This document shows, in pieces, positions 57,282-64,000 of a stretch of 64,000 bases of DNA. The position numbers were made by a program, and so were the translations under genes. The notes below the pieces were generated by a model that did no database searches, was not told where the DNA came from, and worked only from the letters and a program-made list of their open reading frames with translations. The number at the start of each line of letters is the position of its first letter. Positions within the stretch are counted from its first letter, which is position 1. The stretch comes from an uncultured Alphaproteobacteria bacterium (GTDB lineage: Bacteria > Pseudomonadota > Alphaproteobacteria > Rhodobacterales > Rhodobacteraceae): the NCBI GenBank assembly GCA_963798765.1, contig CAWCUP010000020.1, positions 262,043-326,042 of the forward strand. Direction: 5' to 3'.

Positions 57282-59724
57282 CGCGCCGTCTCCATTCCAC
57301 GAGGCTGCGCAGGCCGAGGATCGCGATCAGAAGCCCCCCCTGCACGAGCGCGTTGAAGTCGGTGCTGACCCCGAGCGTGGCCAGGGCCGCGCCGATCAGC
57401 GACAGCGTGACCGCCCCGGCCACGACGCCCCAGGGCGAGATGCGCCCGCCCAGAAGCGCGCAGCCGCCGACGACCACGCCCGCGACGCTCAGCAGCGTGT
57501 AGGCGGACCCGGCGTTGATGTCGCTCGCGCGGTTGGCGGCGGTGAGGTAGAGGCCGGCCGCGCCGGCGAAGGCCCCGGCGATCATGTAGCGCCGGATCGC
57601 GTAGCGCATCGGGTTCCAGCCGGTGCGGACCAGCGCGTCGGGACTGGATCCGAACCCGCGCAGCACGACGCCGAGCGGCGCGCGGTCGATCGCCGCGGCC
57701 GCGGCTCCGGCGAGCAGGATCAGCAGAAGCGGCGTCGGAACGCCGGGCAGGCTCCAGTCGATCGTCGCGCGCAGCCAGGCCGGCGCGGCGCCGCCCGGAG
57801 ACGGCTGCACGGTCTGGCCGATCCCCGACCAGATGAAGGACGCGCCGAGGGTCACGACGATCGAGGGGATCGCCCGCCCGTGGATCAGCAGCGCGATCGC
57901 CGCGTATCCGCCGAGCGCCGCGACCAGGGCCGCCGCGCCGGCGGCCGGCGCGGTGACGAGCAGCGTGGCGCTGAGCACGTTGACCATGCCCGCGAACGCG
58001 CCGACCCCGAGGTCGATCTCGCTGCCCCCGACGACGAACATCTGCGAGAGGGCGACCAGCACCAGCACCACGGCCGGGGCGAGCAGAAGCTCCATCCCGA
58101 ACGACGACACCACCAGCGGGTTCATGGCGCCCATGACCGCGACCAGAAGCGCGAGCGCGACGAACGGGATCGCGTGGAACAGGCGCTCGGACCGCGCGCT
58201 CCCCGTCCGGGCCGCGGCGGCGGCCTCGCCGGCGAAGCCTGCGCCGATGATCGCGTCCTCCCGGATCGCCTCGCCCGCGAGGTCGGCGACGATCCGGCCG
58301 CCCGCCAGCACGAGGACGCGGTCGCATTCCAGAAGCTCGGCGTCCTCGGTGGAGTTCCAGAGCACCAGGCGCCCCTCGTCGGCGATCGCGCGCAGCGCGC
58401 CGTAGAAGTCGCGCTTGGCGCCGATGTCGACGCCGCGGGTCGGGTCGTCGAGAAGCACCACCGGCGCCTCGTCGACGAGGCCGCGCGCCATCAGCGCCTT
58501 CTGCTGGTTGCCGCCGCTGAGCGAGAGGACCGGCGCGGCGAGGCGGTCCGGGGCGAGCGCGAGCCGCTCGGCCCAGGACCGGGCTTTCTCCGCCTCCACG
58601 CGCGCGCGCACGAGGGTCGGCGGAGGGCGGCGACCGACGCGCCCGATGGCGATGTTGTCGCGCACGCTCCAGAGCGGAAAGACGCCCTCGGTCTGACGGT
58701 CTCCGGAGACGAAGCTGGCGCGCGCCGAACGCGAGACCTCGCCGGGACGGGCCGCGGCCGGAGCGAACAGACGGCGCAGCAGCGCCTTCTGCCCGCCGCC
58801 TTCGAGGCCGGCGAGACCGACGATCTCGCCGGCGCGGAGTTCGAGCGGACCGCCGAGCGGCGCGGTCAGCGCGCCGTCGAGGCGGACGAGGACCCGACCG
58901 GCGCGGGAGGCGGCGGCCGGCGCGGCCTGCGGAAGCGCCGCGGCGCCGCCCACGGCCTCGACCAGTTCCCCCAGACCCGTCCGCGCGCGCGGCCGGTCCC
59001 ACACCACGGCGCCGTTCCGCATGGCCACGATCCGGTCGGCGACCGCGAGGACCTCGTGGAGCTTGTGGCTGATGAAGACGACGCCGAGACCTTCAGCCGC
59101 CCGGGCTGCGATCCACGCGTGCAGCGCGCGCGCCTCCGCCGACCCCAGCGACGAGGTCGGCTCGTCGAGCACGAGAAGGCGCAGGCGCGGGTCGGCCGCG
59201 GCGCGCGCGATCTCCAGCATCTGCCGCCGGGCGATCTCCAGCCCGCCCACGCGGGCGTCCGGATCGACGCGCGCCTCGGGAAAGATCGCGCCGAGGCCGG
59301 TCCGCACCGCCTCGCGGTACGGATCGAGCCAGCGGGGACGCGCGCGGGCCCCGCCGGGGTTCTCGAGAAAGAAGTTCTCTGCGGCCGTCAGGTTGGGACA
59401 GAGCGACAGCTCCTGGTGCACCATCCGGATGCCGCGGCTCCGGCACTCGCGCGGACCGTAGGCGGCGAGGTCGACCGGCGTGCCGTCGATGCGGAACCCG
59501 CCGGCGTCGGGAATCGTCGCGCCGGTCAGCACCCGCATCAGCGTGCTCTTGCCCGCGCCGTTCGCGCCGATCAGGCCGACCACCTCGCCCGCGCGGACCG
59601 AGAGCGAGACGTCGCGGTTGGCGCGGGTCGGACCGTAGGTCTTGTCGATCCCCTCGAGCGAGACGATCGGAACGTCCGGCCTCGTCGGCCGGACGTCCTC
59701 CACTGCGGAGTGGTCGGACTCCAC
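57271..59724 (-). CDS. Fused sugar ABC ATPase (two NBDs) plus permease
   Basis: GANGAGKST, LDEPT, LSGGNQQK and LDDPTRGVDIGAK, then in frame GSEIDLGV, IPSIVVTL and VVVGGC. Confidence 0.88.
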   Translation of the reverse strand: MESDHSAVEDVRPTRPDVPIVSLEGIDKTYGPTRANRDVSLSVRAGEVVGLIGANGAGKSTLMRVLTGATIPDAGGFRIDGTPVDLAAYGPRECRSRGIRMVHQELSLCPNLTAAENFFLENPGGARARPRWLDPYREAVRTGLGAIFPEARVDPDARVGGLEIARRQMLEIARAAADPRLRLLVLDEPTSSLGSAEARALHAWIAARAAEGLGVVFISHKLHEVLAVADRIVAMRNGAVVWDRPRARTGLGELVEAVGGAAALPQAAPAAASRAGRVLVRLDGALTAPLGGPLELRAGEIVGLAGLEGGGQKALLRRLFAPAAARPGEVSRSARASFVSGDRQTEGVFPLWSVRDNIAIGRVGRRPPPTLVRARVEAEKARSWAERLALAPDRLAAPVLSLSGGNQQKALMARGLVDEAPVVLLDDPTRGVDIGAKRDFYGALRAIADEGRLVLWNSTEDAELLECDRVLVLAGGRIVADLAGEAIREDAIIGAGFAGEAAAAARTGSARSERLFHAIPFVALALLVAVMGAMNPLVVSSFGMELLLAPAVVLVLVALSQMFVVGGSEIDLGVGAFAGMVNVLSATLLVTAPAAGAAALVAALGGYAAIALLIHGRAIPSIVVTLGASFIWSGIGQTVQPSPGGAAPAWLRATIDWSLPGVPTPLLLILLAGAAAAAIDRAPLGVVLRGFGSSPDALVRTGWNPMRYAIRRYMIAGAFAGAAGLYLTAANRASDINAGSAYTLLSVAGVVVGGCALLGGRISPWGVVAGAVTLSLIGAALATLGVSTDFNALVQGGLLIAILGLRSLVEWRRRDAP

Positions 59725-59733
59725 CGGCGCCCG

Positions 59734-60768
59734 TCAGCCGCCGGCCCGGGTCAGGTGCTCGGTCACCCAGTCGTGGTCGTAGCTCGGGCTGATGATGAAT
59801 CCCGGCTCGAGGCCCTCGGCGAACTCGGAGAGCGTGTCGGCGTCCACCACGGCGACCGGCATGTTGATCGCCTTCGGCGGGTTCGCGCCCTGGGTGATGT
59901 CGTAGGCGAACCAGAAGGCCGCGCCGCCGATCCCCGGCGTCGTGTTCATCGAGGTGGTCCGGTAGTCGTGCTCCCTGCTGTAGGCGTCCCACCAGATCAC
60001 GAAGTCCGAGCTGCCGCCGCCCTCGATCACCGGCATCTTCTCGGCGTAGGGTCCGCCGTACTGCTCGAAGGCGCGGGCGATGCCGAAATCGTCGCTTCCG
60101 CCCTGGGCGAGAACCGCGTCGACCTGCGGCAGGCTGGGAAGGATGTTCGCGATCGCCTGCTGCGCGACCGAGGCCGTCGCCTCGCCGATCACCTCGGCCA
60201 CGACCGTCACGCCTGGGGTGGCGTCGAGCACCGCCTGCTGCGCCGCGTGCATCTGCGCGTCGGGCGCGGAGCCGGAGACGCCGCGCACGACGATCACGTT
60301 GCCCTCGCCGCCGATGAGATCCATCGTCGCCCGCGCCTGCTCGGTCTTGTAGCCGGTGAAGTCGAAGCCGAGCTTCCAGGCGCAATCCGCCGAGAGCAGC
60401 GAATCGAACGCGACGACGCTGATGCCGGCGTCGCAGGCGCGCGTGACGATGTCGTTGAGCGCCGTCTCCGAGGCGGCGTTTATGGCGATGGCGTCGACGC
60501 CGCGCAGGATCAGCTCGGCGATCTGGCTGTTCTGCTGGGCGACCGAGCCGTCCCCGTTGAGCACGACGAAATCCTCGATCAGGCCGTCGGCCTTCGCCTT
60601 CTCCGCCTGCTCCGTGAAGGCGTCCACCATCTGACGCCGCCAGGTGTTTCCGTAAAACGAGTTGGAGAGCGCGATCACCGGCTTGTCCTGGGCCGAGACC
60701 GGCGCGGGTCCGGCGATCGACAGCGCCGCCGCCGCCGCCGCGGCCATGAGCTTGAGGGTTCTGGTCAT
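59734..60768 (-). CDS. Sugar ABC transporter substrate-binding protein
   Basis: Signal peptide, SNSFYGNTWR, periplasmic binding protein type 1 pattern. Confidence 0.9.
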   Translation of the reverse strand: MTRTLKLMAAAAAAALSIAGPAPVSAQDKPVIALSNSFYGNTWRRQMVDAFTEQAEKAKADGLIEDFVVLNGDGSVAQQNSQIAELILRGVDAIAINAASETALNDIVTRACDAGISVVAFDSLLSADCAWKLGFDFTGYKTEQARATMDLIGGEGNVIVVRGVSGSAPDAQMHAAQQAVLDATPGVTVVAEVIGEATASVAQQAIANILPSLPQVDAVLAQGGSDDFGIARAFEQYGGPYAEKMPVIEGGGSSDFVIWWDAYSREHDYRTTSMNTTPGIGGAAFWFAYDITQGANPPKAINMPVAVVDADTLSEFAEGLEPGFIISPSYDHDWVTEHLTRAGG

Positions 60769-60793
60769 TGGTCTTTCCTCCTTCTGCTGGGTT

Positions 60794-61768
60794 TCAGGCT
60801 TCGACAGGTCGGATCGTGCGCCGCTTGCGCAGGAGCAGCCGGTGCGCCCGCAGCGAATCTATGAGGACCGCGAGGAAGATGATCGCCGCCATCAGGATCG
60901 GCTGGAGGTAGAGGTTGACCCCGGTGAACACGAGGCCGGTCTTGACCGTCTGGATCAGCGTCGCGCCGAACACCGCGCCGAACGCCGATCCGATGCCGCC
61001 GAAGAGGCTCGCGCCGCCGAGGACCGCCGCGGCGATCACGTCGAATTCGCGGCCCTCGCCGAAGCCCGCGTCGAGGCGCCCGATCTGGCTGATCATGACA
61101 AATCCCGCGAGTCCGGCGCAGGCCCCCGAGATGACGTAGACCCGGAACCGTACCGACGCGACCGGAAGCCCCGCCTTGCGGGCCGCCTCCGGATCGTTCC
61201 CGATGGCGTAGACCTGCCGGCCGAACGTCGTGCGCGACAGCACGACATGCGCGACAAGGGCGAGTATCGCGAAGAACAGGACCGGAACCGGAACGCCGCC
61301 GACCGAGGCGAGCCCGAAATCACGCATCGCCGGCTCGAAATCGAACTGCCGCGAACTGGTCAGGAAAGCGCCGAAGCCCCGGAACGCGAACAACGTCGCC
61401 AGCGTCACGATGAACGGCACGATCCCGAGACCGACGATCGCCGCCGCGTTGACCGCGCCGAGGACGCCGCCCGCCAGCACCGCGACCGCGAGCCCCCCCG
61501 GCACGCCGATCCCGAGGTCGCGCATCAGGATTCCCGCGATCAGCGGCGCGAGATACATCACCGCCCCGACCGACAGGTCGATCCCGGCGATCAGCAGCAC
61601 GAAGGTGATCCCGATGGCGGCGATCCCGATGAAGGACGACTGCTTGACGATGTTGCCGAGGCTCTCCGCCGACAGGAAATCGGGGTTCTGCGCCCCGAAC
61701 CAGGCCAGCACGGCGACGAAGATCGCGGCCGTCGCGTAGCGCAGAGCCAGATCGGAGAAACGGCTCAT
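60794..61768 (-). CDS. Sugar ABC transporter permease
   Basis: GIDLSVG, VPFIVTL, FGRQVYAIGND, AAAVLGG. Start at 61768. Confidence 0.9.
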   Translation of the reverse strand: MSRFSDLALRYATAAIFVAVLAWFGAQNPDFLSAESLGNIVKQSSFIGIAAIGITFVLLIAGIDLSVGAVMYLAPLIAGILMRDLGIGVPGGLAVAVLAGGVLGAVNAAAIVGLGIVPFIVTLATLFAFRGFGAFLTSSRQFDFEPAMRDFGLASVGGVPVPVLFFAILALVAHVVLSRTTFGRQVYAIGNDPEAARKAGLPVASVRFRVYVISGACAGLAGFVMISQIGRLDAGFGEGREFDVIAAAVLGGASLFGGIGSAFGAVFGATLIQTVKTGLVFTGVNLYLQPILMAAIIFLAVLIDSLRAHRLLLRKRRTIRPVEA

Positions 61769-63261
61769 GGCATCGCCTCGCGGAACGCCGCGGCGAGCAC
61801 CGTCTCGCGGTCGAAGGGCGGGGCGAACTCCGCCGTGATCTCGCCCCGGCTCATCACGGCGATCCGGTCGCACATGCCGGTCAGCTCCTCGAGTTCGGAC
61901 GAGATGAAGAGAATGCCGCCGCCCCCCGCCGCCAGGCGGTCGGCCAGCGCGTAGATCTCGTACTTCGCGCCGACGTCCACGCCCCGCGTGGGCTCGTCCA
62001 GGACGAAAACCCGTGGCCCCGACATCAGCCACTTTCCGATGACGGCCTTCTGCTGGTTGCCGCCAGAGAGCGATTTCACCGGCTGCGCCGCGATGTCCCC
62101 CGCCCGGATGCCGAGATCGGCGCTCGCCCGCTCCGTCGCGCGCGCGTGCGCGGCCCGGTCCACGAGCCCGAGCGGGCCGCGCCCGAAATCGCGCGCGGCG
62201 ACGAGGCTGAGGTTCTCCGCGACCGGAGCCTCCATCAGAAGCCCCTCCTCGCGGCGGTTCTCGGTGACGAACGCAAGTCCGGCGGCGATGCGTTCCGAGG
62301 CGCCTCCCTCCACCGCCGCCCCGTCGATCAGCACCCGCCCGCCCTCGACCGCGTCGAGACCGAAGGCCGCGCGGGCGAACTCGCTGCGTCCCGATCCCAT
62401 CAGCCCGAACAGCCCCACGATCTCGCCCGAGCGGATCGCGAGCGACACGTCCTCCAGCACGCCCGGCTGCGTCAGCCCCTCGGCCCGGAAGACGACGTCC
62501 TGCGAAGGTCCCGCCGTGCGCGGCGGAAACAGTCCCGAGAGCTCCCGTCCGATCATCGACCGGATCATCCGCGACACCGGAAACTCCGCGGACGGCCCCT
62601 CGTCGACCAGCGCCCCGTCGCGCAGCACGGCGATCCGGTCGCAGACCCGCTCCACGTCGCCCAGGATATGCGAGATGTAGATGACCGTCCGCCCCTCCGC
62701 CTTGAGCCGTTCGATCACGTCGAAAAGACGCCCCGTCTCGCGCGGCGTGAGCGACGTGGTCGGCTCGTCGAAGATGATCAGATCCGCAGAGCGGTGCAGC
62801 GCCTTGGCGATCTCGACAAGCTGCCGCTCGCCGGGCGCGAGGTCTCCGACCGTCGTCTCGGGCGCGTGGCCGAGGTTCAGCCGCTCCAGGAGACCGCGCG
62901 TCGCCTCCGCGATGCGCCCGCGGTCGATCAGGCCCATCCGCCGGGGAAACCCGTCGATGAACACGTTCTCCGCGATCGAGAGATTGGTAAAGAGGTTCAG
63001 CTCCTGGTGGATGAACGCGATCCCGCGCGCGGTCGCCTCCGCCGGCGACGCGGGCGCGTAGGGCCGCCCGCGCCAGCGCATCGACCCGGCGCTCGGGCCC
63101 ACCACCCCGCCGACCATGTTCATCAGCGTCGACTTGCCCGCGCCGTTCTCGCCGATCAGGCCGAGCGCGCCGCCCTCCTCGACGGCGAGCGTGAAGTCCC
63201 TGACCGCCGGCACGCCGTACCAGTCCTTGGCGAGACCGTCGAATTCCAGCAGCGCGCTCAC
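61765..63261 (-). CDS. Sugar ABC transporter ATP-binding protein (two NBDs)
   Basis: GENGAGKST, FDEPT, LSGGNQQK, LDEPTRGVDVGAK. GTG start at 63261. Confidence 0.93.
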   Translation of the reverse strand: MSALLEFDGLAKDWYGVPAVRDFTLAVEEGGALGLIGENGAGKSTLMNMVGGVVGPSAGSMRWRGRPYAPASPAEATARGIAFIHQELNLFTNLSIAENVFIDGFPRRMGLIDRGRIAEATRGLLERLNLGHAPETTVGDLAPGERQLVEIAKALHRSADLIIFDEPTTSLTPRETGRLFDVIERLKAEGRTVIYISHILGDVERVCDRIAVLRDGALVDEGPSAEFPVSRMIRSMIGRELSGLFPPRTAGPSQDVVFRAEGLTQPGVLEDVSLAIRSGEIVGLFGLMGSGRSEFARAAFGLDAVEGGRVLIDGAAVEGGASERIAAGLAFVTENRREEGLLMEAPVAENLSLVAARDFGRGPLGLVDRAAHARATERASADLGIRAGDIAAQPVKSLSGGNQQKAVIGKWLMSGPRVFVLDEPTRGVDVGAKYEIYALADRLAAGGGGILFISSELEELTGMCDRIAVMSRGEITAEFAPPFDRETVLAAAFREAMP

Positions 63262-64000
63262 GCCGCCGCCCCGCGCATCAGCCGCGTCCGGATCACGTCG
63301 AGCAGCGCGGCGGCCAGGATCACCCCGCCCTTGACCATGTCGATGTGAAACGCCGACAGGTTCATCAGGTTGAGCGTGTTGGAGAGCAGCACGAAGAACA
63401 GCACCCCGAAAAACGTCCAGATGATCTTGCCCTTGCCGCCGAAAAGGCTCGTGCCGCCGATCACCGTGGCGCCGATCACGTCGAGCAGGAAATTCCCCGC
63501 CCCGAGCGTGGGCCGCCCCGTCTCGAGCCGCGCGGTGTAGAGGATGGAGGCGATGGCCGCGCAGACCGCCGAGATCACGAAGACCGCGACGATCACCCGC
63601 GCGACCGGCACGCCCGAGATCTCCGCGGCCTTGCGGTTGATGCCGATCGCGAAGATCCATCGCCCGAAGACCGTCCGGTTGAGCAGCACATGCGCCAGCA
63701 CCGCGACCGAGAGCGCGATCACCATCGGCCAGGTCACGAACGAATAGACCTCGCGCCGCGAGATCTGGCTCTCCAGCTGAGGCCCGAAATAGACCGAGAC
63801 GATGTCGCCCTTGCCGAGCGTCACGAAACTCTCGGGCAACTCGCGGATGTTGTTGGATTGGGTCAGCCAGATCGCGAAGGCGCCGACCGCGATCATCGTC
63901 ACCAGCGTCACCATGAAGGGCGGCATACCGAGCCGTGCCACGGACAGCCCGTTGGCGAGCCCGATGAGCGCGGCCACCGCAAGCATCGCCGCGACGCCGA
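63258..64000 (-). CDS. Sugar ABC transporter permease (5' end outside the window)
   Basis: MPPFMVTL, FGRWIFAIG, VIGGTSLFGG. Confidence 0.9.
   Translation of the reverse strand, partial: GVAAMLAVAALIGLANGLSVARLGMPPFMVTLVTMIAVGAFAIWLTQSNNIRELPESFVTLGKGDIVSVYFGPQLESQISRREVYSFVTWPMVIALSVAVLAHVLLNRTVFGRWIFAIGINRKAAEISGVPVARVIVAVFVISAVCAAIASILYTARLETGRPTLGAGNFLLDVIGATVIGGTSLFGGKGKIIWTFFGVLFFVLLSNTLNLMNLSAFHIDMVKGGVILAAALLDVIRTRLMRGAAA

Noticed and set aside
56917-60864. 1315-aa plus-strand ORF, and similar long ORFs (24842-27481, 32515-35193, 32586-35147, 9493-11661)
   Set aside because: These are antisense or off-frame shadows of well-supported genes, expected in very GC-rich DNA with few stop codons, and they lack recognisable motifs.

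Overview
Very GC-rich alphaproteobacterial chromosome segment with Rhodobacteraceae-like synteny. The left half has cobT, a Xaa-Pro aminopeptidase, recN-bamD-lpxC and a complete minus-strand dcw (division/cell wall) cluster from mraZ to ftsZ. That cluster is interrupted twice: by a group II PLP-dependent decarboxylase between murD and ftsW, and by an opposite-strand secreted protein between mraY and murD. Next come rnpB, an amidase, gatA/gatC, tRNA-Pro(CGG), a Tat-exported serine hydrolase and rlmN. These are followed by a dgoK/SDR region with a diverged dgoK 3' relic, an sseA-aminotransferase-cyclodeaminase operon and a decaying AraC/outer-membrane-protein/DUF1254 islet. The right end holds recQ, rsmD, tandem peroxiredoxins, an orphan C5 DNA methyltransferase and a doubled CUT2 sugar ABC system. 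The most unexplained signal is a ~116-bp intergenic element present twice (13614-13730 and 33874-33988), with three tetraloop hairpins and compensatory stem changes. Single-base insertions break murB, murD, dgoK and tpm and look like sequencing errors. No CRISPR array, transposase or integrase is visible. All family calls come from motif recognition by eye, without database searches.
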